This document shows, piece by piece, positions 48,171-58,762 of a stretch of 64,000 nt of DNA; the stretch's first letter is position 1, and every line of letters starts with the position of its first letter. This stretch comes from Convolutriloba macropyga. Taxonomy: Eukaryota. The notes beneath the pieces are model-generated. The model was not told the DNA's origin. It saw only the letters and a list, made by a program, of their open reading frames with translations, and ran no database searches. A program made the position numbers and the translations under genes. The DNA is taken from NCBI RefSeq assembly GCF_964194025.1, contig NC_134468.1, positions 7,192,001 to 7,256,000 on the forward strand, given 5' to 3'.

Positions 48171-48986
48171 CTGGCTTCGTTTGAAGTCTGCTTTGCTTCG
48201 TGTCAACTCTGCCCGGTGCACTAAATATATGTTGGAATCATAAATCTTAGTCGCCCAAGGGACTTAGCGCCTGAGAGCTGGGTACAAGCACGAGGGGGAC
48301 TAGGATGTATGTTCTAACGTATTTTAAAATCAGAGTGGAAAAACTATGCTCATTTTGTCAGCAATTGAGAAAAGTTTTCTGATGATTTATAAGTTATTTT
48401 TGTTTAGTTTTAGGTTTATCTGACGGTATGTTGACTTTGTTATTAAATTTAGGTTTTAAGAGGGACATAAATTTTTTGATGTAATTAATGTTTGTTGTTG
48501 TTGTTGTTTGATTTTGCTGTTCGTCTTGACTCGCTTTCTTAATATTGACATATTACAGCAATCTAATGCATCAGTTTTTACTCCACTGAGTTATTTGCTT
48601 TGGAGGCTATCTTATCGTTCATACAGAATTTTTTGAAGACTTGGGCTTTTTTGGGATTCGCAAAAAATAATTTTTGGGTTTTTCTATATGTTCCTCATTT
48701 GGTAGACAATTATGCCAAAATTGTGGATGGGTGGGGTCGGAACTTTGTGCCATCGCACATTACCGAGCCGCCTTGTTAGTTTCTGGCTTCGTTTGAAGTC
48801 TGCTTTGCTTCGTGTCAACTCTGCCCGGTGCACTAAATATATGTTGGAATCATAAATCTTAGTCGCTCAAGGGACTTAGCGCCTGAGAGCTGGGTACAAG
48901 CACGAGGGGGACTAGGATGTATGTTCTAACGTATTTTAAAATCAGAGTGGAAAAACTATGCTCATTTTGTCAGCAATTGAGAAAAG
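47757..48986. repeat. Near-identical direct tandem duplication, period 617 bp
   Basis: gttttctgatgatttataag begins at 47757 and at 48374; both units end gcaattgagaaaag. Confidence 0.95.
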
Positions 48987-49343
48987 GTCAAAGTGCGAGA
49001 GGACTACTACCTATGGCAACTAAGTAAGACGAGCGAAATTAGATTTAGGAGAGCAGTCTATTGCAGTTGCGTTTCTTAAGATTTAATTGCAAACTAAGGG
49101 CCTGACTTTTTTCTACACTTGATTAATTGCTCTTGAACGAAGTTCGTAGCAATTATTGTAAACGTGTCGGTCTTTTTTATGCAATTTTTTGCTTGACCAT
49201 TTTGCGATTTTCTTCTAGAGCATTCTTTGACTTCTCAAGTAACTTTCACGCTTTGGTTCTTCATTTTTGTGTGATCTCTATTGCTCTCACTCCGATGTAA
49301 AGCTTGTTCCTAAAATAAATTCGATTGCAGCATAGCAAGAAAT

Positions 49344-49520
49344 GGGCCTGATAGCCGAGTTGGTAGTGATTCTGGTCAGGGAGCGAGAGGGCAATGGTTC
49401 GAATCCCGGCGTGTAAAATTTTGCATCCGTAAAGAAAAATTTATCTCGGCTACAGACCCTGAACTAGAGTGCCTCAGCTGTCGTTCAAGTGCAATTCTTC
49501 CGACATTGGTCGGTTTATGT
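49344..49520 (+). mobile_element. tRNA-derived (SINE-like) segment within a dispersed repeat
   Basis: A box TAGCCGAGTTGG (49352-49363) and B box GGTTCGAATCCC (49396-49407), but no proper cloverleaf. The tail gcaattcttccgac is shared with copies near 26640, 28645, 41370 and 45240. Confidence 0.7.
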
Positions 49521-49660
49521 TTCTCCTAGTATGTATTAGAAAAAAACCTGAGTCGCCGAAAGCACCTGGGGACCTCACAAAAGGATTTGTTTAAAAATTA
49601 CATTTGAAATGATTAGGCGTTTTCTGTTGACATACGAGAAACCAGTCACAGTGAGTTTTT

Positions 49661-52442
49661 TATTGCAATAGGAGGCTCATTAATCTGCGTGCGCACATGA
49701 TGTTCCGACCAGCGTTCTACAGTTTTGATTTAACTGTCAACCAAATGAAGGGATAATCAAAATTAGATGTTTGAATATAAAAAAATTGTTACACAACCAA
49801 ACTATCAATTGAATTGCATAACGTAATGCCTCATTACAGCGAGATCTGCGAGCAAAAAAACTACGAAAAAACAACAGCAACAAAAAAAGCAAAAAACAAA
49901 TTGTTAACGGCGAAAACTCAATATCTAAATTTAAAAGCACCTAGTAACAACGTCAAATTACAATCAGACAAAACCCTTACTACACAAATACTTTTTCCGA
50001 ACTACACAGCATATGCAATTTTTCCTTTTTGAGACTAGGTAACAAGTGGACAAAAAGAAGAAATAATGAGGCGAAATTCAAAAATCAATATTTTTCAAAC
50101 CAAAAAATTTCAAAAGTCTTAAAAATCATTAGCTTTTAACGAAATAATTCTTGATAAACTTACTAAAAAGTCATTATGAAACCAACGGACCTGTCTTTGG
50201 TTGGACTAAGCCATAGGAACAGACTAAAAACCAATTCGGCCACATTTGAAAATCATTGGGTTCTGTTAAGTGCTAAAGGAAGAGAAAAGGTAACACAAAA
50301 ACACCACTCAATTTTTATCAAAACGCATATTGTTCAACAAACAAAACATCAGTTACGACATAATATCAGTAAACATGTTAATTTTCAAATTATAAGGAAT
50401 TGGATGGGACCTCTCATCGGTGACAGTTAGTTACAAGTTGACGAAAAGAACAAAAACTGAAAAATTGAAATAACATTGAAAATGTATATTATCATGAACT
50501 TTAGAACTCTTCGCTATAAACTGACTGCTTCGGGTAACATCATTCATTCAATCCTCAATTGCAAGCCTATGAGACCGGTCAGCATTCTACGGTTACCTAA
50601 AGAAAAAAAAACAGTCAAAAGCAGCAAATTCAAAAAAAAATTGTGCGAGAGATGTGTCGAAGCTGTTAAAAAATGAACTTTACAGTAAAAGTTTTCTTTT
50701 TTTGATTAAATTTTTAACAGCAGTGGGATTCTTCTTTTTAAATAATTTGACCTCAAAAAATTAACAGATATGAACTAATACCTTAAAACCACGAAATTTT
50801 TGAGAAAACCCGTAGCATCATCGCCATAAAATTCAACAGCTTTCAACGGAAGCTAATAAATAGGCTCTGTTTTGACTCTATGAGACAACAAGGTTGCTTG
50901 TCATTCTCAAGTCTTCCATAAGACATTACAATTAGTCATTAACTATGAAAACAACAACATATACAGTCAAAATCCAAAAATTCAGTGTAAAGAAGTGCGA
51001 GAAGTGTCGAAGCCATTTAGACCATAAGCTTTTCTTTAAAAACTTCAACTATGATCCATTGAACGTCTTCTCTAAACAAATGGGAACTATCAATATAGGA
51101 TAATGTGTTGAGGTTTCAAAAGGAATTTTCCAAAAAAAAAACCAATAGTTAGAAGATAAAACCGCTAACTAGATTAATTTTTGTTGAATTAGAAACGAAA
51201 GGCGTCCGGTCATTACTGAGACTGACTCAAAGTTCACGAAAATAAGTTCAACATTCGTTAATTTTCAAAAACCTCTTGAAGAATTATTTTGAATGTCTTA
51301 ACAGACATTGAATTCAATAGCTTTCAACGGAAGTCATGAAAAACGCTCAGTTTTGCATCGATGAGAGGAAAAGGATATTTTTCATGCATAGGTAATCAAT
51401 AAGTCATAGCAATAAGTCTTATGACTATGGAAACAACAAATACATGCAAAACCAAAAATTCAGTAGAAAAGTACAAGAAAGTGTCAAAGCCATTTAAACC
51501 ATAAGCTGTTCTCTGAAAACGTTATCCTTGATCCATTGAACGTCTTCTCTAAGCCAATGGGAGCTACCAATATTGGGATAATGTTAAAATAATTCAAGAG
51601 GAACCAAAAATGAAAATTTTGAAAGGAAGGGGGTCTTGTCCTTAGTGAGACTGACTTACATTTCACGAAAATATGTTTATGATCGGTTTATTTTTTTAAA
51701 CTCCTAACAGCCATTAGCTGGCCACTCAAAGCACTAGATAGGTTCTTTTAATGCTCATTACAAAACCTATTGCACTTTTAGTCATCGAGTCTATGCCATA
51801 GGACTCCAAAACTTTAGTAAAACCTTAAAAAGAAAATCAAATTTTCATTTAAAATTACGAAAACTCAGAAGCCAAAAAACACGCATTTCTGATTCCTTGA
51901 AAACGAATTTTTTGTTCATTGGGCTTCATTGGACTGTAAATAAGGTTTGCCATTAACGGAACCTCGATATGAGATGTGACTAGTCTCTAGGTGATTTAAG
52001 AAAACAAAAAAGTATGAAAAGTTTTCTTAAAAAGAGCTGTAAAATAGAATTCAATTTTTTTATAGTAAACTTCCTTATGAGACCAGAACTAAACTTTTTA
52101 TCGCCTTTCGTCTCTTAGGAACTCAAAATTGATTCATTTGGGGCGTAAAAAGTAAATTTGAATTAAAAATTTATAAAAAAGATTTTAATTTGAAAAAAAA
52201 ATTACACTCAAAGTGAACAAAATCATGCCAAATATCCCGTGTTCACACAAAACTTCAATCCTCATTGCCTTGAAAAAAAACGAAATTAAAAAAAATAGTT
52301 TTGAATTCTACCCTGGACGAGCTTTTTGATGATACCACTCACAGTTCTCTACGATGAATATATCGATCGGCCAAAATTGTCTGAACAAAAAAACCCATTT
52401 GAGTGTATAGTTCCCCCCCCCCCACAAGTGGGGTCGGAACAA
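49661..52442 (-). mobile_element. Helentron/DINE-1-like element, copy C (inverted relative to A, one fewer internal unit)
   Basis: Colinear reverse-complement similarity to 36495-40105 (ORFs 39706-39909 and 49814-50032 mirror each other). 5' end gggtcggaacaa at 52431-52442; sub-TIR tgttccgacc at 49701. Confidence 0.72.
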
Positions 52443-53447
52443 TGACTAAGTAGGGCAAACAACTTAGAAAAAGCAGATCAGGAAACTAGCATTTCCATTT
52501 GATTTCAAACTAATTGATTGAGGTGAGCTGTCTTAAGGTTTTGGTGCCGGACCCTTGATGCCTTTTTACTCTTGATTCTTTTGTCTTTCCGTACATGCAG
52601 AAAGTTTTCTGTAAACTGTTACTTATATTGAGATTTTGTTTCTAAGGTAGTCATTTGAGACAATTTTTATTTTAAAAAATGAAATTTATTCGGTAAAAAA
52701 TAATAGTCAGAAATCGATCGATGAATTATACCGAACAACCATATAACGAGCCCCAGAAGTGTTACATAATAGCTCAAATTTTGTGTGTCGAAAGCATTAG
52801 TGCTTCTTACATTGCTTTCAAGCAGATATAAAGTCGTCAATTTCCTCGAAATCGGATTTGAAACATGTGCTAAAATAAATGTCAGTCCGATATTGAAGCT
52901 ACTACACTCCACAACCGCTGAAGCAAACCACTAGATCAGACCCTCTGTCCGACGACCCGTCTGGGATCAGTAGATTATTTTCAAGATGAGTTATAAGCGA
53001 GATGATGCATAACTGCGCGAAACAACGTTGCCAGAAAAAGTTCATCTGCTCTAATGCCAGAAAAAGTTCAAAATGATTCTGCAGTGAATTTTTCAAACGT
53101 GAAACGCCTAATCTTGATTTAACAATGAGAGTACTGAGGAATATTTTTATGGTATTCGATTTTTTACACTATCCGTAATGGTGCAGCCAGTCCGTTGAAT
53201 GCTTCGTTCATAATCGAACTTTTCACGCCGTTTCATTTTTCTATTGGTGTTTCGAGTCCGTTTAATTTATGGTAAACGTACAGTAAAACTGTGGAGTTTG
53301 GAAGTGTAGCTGTGCGCTAAAGCGTATAAAATTGATTTGTATTTCAATTCGATCAAAAGTATTGCTTTTCAGCTGTTGCAATGTGAAAATTTAAACAAGT
53401 TTAGTCCCTAGAGGGGATACAAATATTTAAATCAACCACCCGCTAAA

Positions 53448-55109
53448 ATGTCACTATTTCTGGACGATACAGAACCAGCGACTCTGGTTCTTACCAGGGC
53501 CAGCAGTTCGGCTTCGACTGGTGAATGGGACCCTACATCCAGACGCGTTAAGAAACAACTCTCATTTAAGTTAACCCCTGCCCTCTTGCGGACCATTTTG
53601 ACAGTAGTTTTGGGCTCTGGAATGATGTACGGGTACAATTTCAGTCTTGTGAACAACTGTGAAACAGTTCTGAAGACACACATGAACGAAAGTTTTTTCA
53701 CCCATTACGGAAATTATTTGGATTCAAATTCGATGGATTTATTTTGGCATTTCGTCATTGCTGCATTACCAATAGGTGCAATATTTGGATGTTTTGCTTC
53801 CCATTTTTGCTCACACAAACTTGGAAGGAAGCGATTCCTGATTGTGAACAATTGCGTTGGAGTTATCGGGGCGTCTCTTCAACTGTGGGCTTCTATGAGT
53901 CGTTATGTAGAAGTGTTCGTTTTGGGAAGGGTCGTAACAGGTGCTTATTGTGGAATCATTGCAACTGTGGCGCCCGTCTACTTGAGCGAAATTGCACCTG
54001 TTCACCAACGAGGATACATAACGTCAACATTCCAGCTCGGCAATGTTGCTGGAACTACTCTGGCTCTGTTTCTTGGGTTGTCGAACCTGCTTGGTTCTAT
54101 GAGCAACTTTCATTACCTGTTTATTATCTCTCTCGTGATACCCTTTCTTCAAACACTCTTGCTCAAATTCTGTCCTGAAAGTCCACGATTTCTGTTGCTG
54201 TTCAAATCAGACGCTTTTGGCGCAATGCAATCTTTGCGACGCCTACGAAACTGCCCCGATGTTAGCGAAGATCTGGCTGAAATTGACAATGAGATCTTGC
54301 AAAACTCAGAAGACGCGATCAACCAGAATCGAGCCAGAAGTATGCTAAGGTTCTCACAAATCTTGTCAAAACCAAACTTGAGAAGAATGCTCGTTATCTG
54401 TATATGTATGCATGCGTCTCAGTCGTTGACTGGAATCACTGTCATGTTATCCTACTCTTCGACGATTCTTTCTAAAGTGTTTGGTACAAATTTGAACTCC
54501 TTATTTTGGGATTCGGTTGTCTACGCGTTCCTAATTCCTTTCACTCTGGCTGCAACTGTTCTTGTGGAAAGACTCGGACGCCGTTTTCTACACCTTTCTG
54601 GAATTCTGGGATCTATACTAGGCGCTGGACTTGTTATGTTTGCACTTCTGTACAAAGGAAATTTCGCCGTATTAGCAACCAATATAATACTTTTGGTTGG
54701 ACTTTCAATATTTCTTTGCAGTTACGCTATTGGACCCGGTCCGATGCCCTGGCTTATGGTTCCAGAATTGGTCCCAAGCAGTGCGCGTTCATCAATTGCC
54801 TCGTTTGCAGTTATAACTAATTTGGTTATATCTCTGGTTGTCACATTAACCTATCCTCTTTTGAAGAGTGAAATTGGACCTAGAGTTTTCGTGATATTCA
54901 TGACTGCAAGTTTCTGTGTCGGTTTGGTCCTCTTTTTCGCACTTCCAGAGACGAAACGAAAGACTGCTGATGAAATTTTGCTCTCGGCTGCTGAAAATGC
55001 GATCAAAATTCCGTCTTGTTGCAGATGTTGGTGCATGTCGTCGGTATCTAGACACGAACTTGATGTAGACAATGAACTGTATCCTACCGATTCGGACCCC
55101 CTCTTCTAG
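53448..55109 (+). CDS. Intronless facilitative sugar transporter, SLC2A/GLUT family (MFS), 553 aa
   Basis: About 12 hydrophobic segments; motifs GRK, YLSEIAP..RG, PESPRFLL, VERLGRR, GPGPMPW, PETKRKT. Confidence 0.95.
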   Translation: MSLFLDDTEPATLVLTRASSSASTGEWDPTSRRVKKQLSFKLTPALLRTILTVVLGSGMMYGYNFSLVNNCETVLKTHMNESFFTHYGNYLDSNSMDLFWHFVIAALPIGAIFGCFASHFCSHKLGRKRFLIVNNCVGVIGASLQLWASMSRYVEVFVLGRVVTGAYCGIIATVAPVYLSEIAPVHQRGYITSTFQLGNVAGTTLALFLGLSNLLGSMSNFHYLFIISLVIPFLQTLLLKFCPESPRFLLLFKSDAFGAMQSLRRLRNCPDVSEDLAEIDNEILQNSEDAINQNRARSMLRFSQILSKPNLRRMLVICICMHASQSLTGITVMLSYSSTILSKVFGTNLNSLFWDSVVYAFLIPFTLAATVLVERLGRRFLHLSGILGSILGAGLVMFALLYKGNFAVLATNIILLVGLSIFLCSYAIGPGPMPWLMVPELVPSSARSSIASFAVITNLVISLVVTLTYPLLKSEIGPRVFVIFMTASFCVGLVLFFALPETKRKTADEILLSAAENAIKIPSCCRCWCMSSVSRHELDVDNELYPTDSDPLF

Positions 55110-58100
55110 ATAATTAGTCAGAATAAATGGATCTTCTCCGGCTACTTGCCCAGTCTAACATGACCACCATCGTCTGGGGGGGGGGGGTAAAATCTTGATC
55201 CTGAAAATTTTTACCCCCCCCCCCCAAAAAAAAATCTTGATCCTGTGTGCAGATTATTTGCATCCCCTAACGCGCCCTTGCTATTTTGAAATCTAAAAGG
55301 GATCAATGACAGTGGAATTGGCAAAGAGGGGGGGGGGCGTTTTTGTTAGATATTTGGGGCATTTACTGAGAGGATCCGAACAATTAGTCAGAAATTTTAA
55401 ATAGATTTTAGACTGAATAGAATTTAATCACGATTTTGTATCGCTTAGAATTACTGAATCAATGTGCACTTGTATAGTTAGATATTGTCAGAATAAATAT
55501 ATTGCATGAAAGTGCTTAGTGTGTCCCTCAGACATTTGTATTAGTTTATCTCATTGTTGAAAATAGATTTTTGTGTAGAGTTATCGGAAGTCAAATCTAT
55601 AAATTTGGAAATTTAAGGCTCTATTTGACCTAGATTCAATGTACCTGTCGTGTTACCACAGTTGAATAAAATGAATCAATTAATTATTTTGCATCAAGTT
55701 TTTACATTTTAGTTCAAATCGAAGTTTGCTAACTTGATATTCATGATTCATCAATGGCTATCTTTAGAGTTCATTTTAACATGTTTCAAAAGTGAAATTC
55801 AACAACTTGGCAAATATTTTGCTGTTTACAATTTGTCTGCATTGTTTAAAAGTTGAACAAAATTGCATGGGCTACGTTTGCTATTGCCCTTGAGGCAAAT
55901 AAATGTTAACGACAATTAGCTGTTTTTAGTCATACTTGGAATTCTTGATTAAATTGTATTAAGAGTATAAATGGAGGTTATATCCAAAATCGAATTCCAT
56001 GCAAAAGTTGGAGATAATTATATTGACGTCTCTCATTTGCCACAGAGGTGGTTTGCAATTTTCACCGACACAGAGCGTGAACCGTTTCGTTAAACTCTTT
56101 TTGGTGAATATTGCAATTAGAAGGGGTAGGTATTATTAGTAGGGAGCAGGGGTAGATTATAAAAGCGCAAAATTGAATTGATGAATTAATTTTCGTTTTA
56201 GAATTAACTAAGTTCGTTTTAGAAATAGCTAAAATGAAAAATGTAATTCTTTCACTAAAAATTTGTGCAGTTGCAAAAACTGTAGGTTGAAATATTAAAG
56301 GAAGGGAAGCTAGTTTTGTATAAAGGTATAATTTTTACTTAAAAAGATAACAATGTTATTTACATACAAACGTATTAAGATTATAATTCCAGAAAATTGT
56401 TAAAAAAAAATAAGTACCACAGCAAGATGTGAGGTTAACTTCTGATGAGAAGTTACGCGATGAAAAATTCTGCGTAGAAAGCAAATTCTATGAAATCAAG
56501 GAGACTAATGTTCGCAACTAATGAAAAGAACCGAAAAGCTTACCAAGTAAAATTAGGGTACATCAAGCTCAAAAGTCAAATGAAGTCTGCATCTTGGTTG
56601 TTTAGCTATAATTTTATTTAATTCTTTTGAATACTTGAAAAATTGAAGAATTTCTATAGGACAAAAATTGTTCGGCTAGAAAATGCAAAATCTTGAACTT
56701 GAATTAAAGCAATGAAGACTAATGTGGGGTATCACGTGACCAATTTAGTCTGACTCTACAGCAAACGAAGCGGCAACAAAAGTTTTTATTTCGTTGAACT
56801 GAAGCAAAGAACAATGAGCACAAGTTGAACAATGAAATTGATCCGCAAATTGTATTTGCTGGAGGCCCCATCAGTGAAGAACAGCAATGCAACAAAAAAG
56901 TTTCGAAAATCAAAAGTAATTTAAAATACAACGGAGGCCTTATTGGTGCCCTTTAAATTTAAAACAGAGCTGGAAATTCTGCTGAGTAGGGAGAAAAAAT
57001 TGTTTATCCAATCTATGCTCTAAATTGCACGTTTAATAAAAAATTTAGTTGAGGAATCAAACTCTGTACCATGAAAAAATGCTTACAGCGCAATTGTTGG
57101 TTTTATGTTAGCTGAAACTGAACTATCTTGCAAGGAATGCTTTTTTCTTGGTGTATGTACAGCAAGTTGAAGAGATTGTTACAAACCTAAAATCAGGAGG
57201 AAAACCGAAGAGATGGTGTGTGTGCTTCGCACTCCAAAGATTCGAAATTCAGTCCACTGCCTCCGTGATGTGGGTAGAAAGAAGATGAGCTCAAAGTTTT
57301 CCGAAAAAAATTATTGACGAGTTTTCATTTTAATTAAAGCATCTCAAGCAACCTTTGCAGCCGAATTATTCTCCCAATTCACTGAAAATCGTTTTTGCGT
57401 AAAAAATTTTATTCAGCAGCATACTCGAATCAAACCTATCTGTATCATTTTGCGTTTGCGTAAAAATTGTTATTCAGCAGTTTTGCTCTAATCAACTCAA
57501 TCTGTGTTTTTGTAGTCAGAAAAAATCCTTGATTTTTGCTTCATTTCGATTCTACATAATTCAGGTATTCAGTGATAAAGAATGGCAAAGAAACCTACGT
57601 GTTTCAGCGCTTTCTTTGCTGTCTGATATTGTTCATTCAAGTACGAAATTCAAGTGAACTTTATTTTGGCTTAAACGTTTCTGTTTAGCAGAACTCGTAA
57701 TAAATCGCGCGAAATTTTTGAAATTTTTTGTGGAGCGTAAAAAATCAAATTATTTTAAAAACTGTTTTTCTAGTGTTGAGGGCTAGCATAATTAGACTTT
57801 TTTAATATTCAGTTTTAATGTTTCGTCATTTTATGATCTGTCAAAACGTCCCGTGTTTGGTCAACTTAAAAGGATCGTATTCAAAGCAAACCTCTCAACA
57901 AAAGATGTTACTTTTCGTAGAGAAGTATTTTTTCTTTATAATAAAAATGTCTTCTCAATTTTTTTGTTCTAAGTCTAAGTGTTCGTTTTCGGTAATTTCT
58001 ATACTCATTCTGCGATTTTATTGTTTCTTTTTCAATTCAGTAACTGCCTGCCAACTATGGTTAGAAAAACCTACGGTGGTAGAGGTCCGGAAATTTCCTC

Positions 58101-58260
58101 GTTTTTTCTCAAGAAACAATTCTTTTTTCAATTTTTAATCTGTTCAGTCTTGTAGGGCTTCAGTGAATCAGATTCCAAAAAGTTCCGGCTCAAGCTTCAA
58201 TGGAAATTAGAAAACATGATTTCTATGAACAATTTAAGCATTCAGGAAAGCCAAGCAAGC

Positions 58261-58762
58261 CGTGTCCGGACAAAACAGTCCCAGACAAAATAGTCCCAAG
58301 AAAACAGACAAAACAGTCCCAGACAAAATAGTCCGAACTAAATATGTAGTCAGTCAAACATATGCACATCAATTAACCAAGAATCCCCTTACGTTGTTCA
58401 TATGATTGTATTTCTTTGAACAAGTATTAAGCTGTTGCCAAATAATGTGTTTTGACACGAGTTTTTGGTTAAATCATAATTCATATCAATTAAAAACAAT
58501 GCATTCAGAAGGTTAACTCAAAGATTAGGATTTTTAATTGTTTGTAGATTCTATTTACAATTGCTTGAACATTTTATTTGGGACTATTTTGTCTGGGACT
58601 GTTTTGTCTGTTTTCTTGGGACTATTTTGTCTGGGACTGTTTTGTCTGGGAATATTTTGAAATTTGGGACTGTTTTGTCTGGGACTGTTTTGTCTGGGAC
58701 TGTTTTGTCTGGGACTGTTTTGTCTGGGACTGTTTTGTCTGGGACTGTTTTGTCTGTTCACC
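58261..58762. mobile_element. Fold-back/Mutator-like MITE with 15-bp tandem units in the TIRs
   Basis: Units gacaaaacagtccca on the left and gggactgttttgtct on the right; 9-bp direct repeat caagcaagc at 58252-58260 and 58763-58771. Confidence 0.85.

Noticed and set aside
49344-49415. Functional tRNA gene
   Set aside because: A and B boxes are present, but the acceptor and anticodon stems do not pair convincingly and the segment is embedded in a repeat.
55176-55225. Poly-G / poly-C hairpin just after the GLUT stop as a terminator
   Set aside because: Eukaryotic context; more likely a fragment of a small repeat, and no function can be supported.
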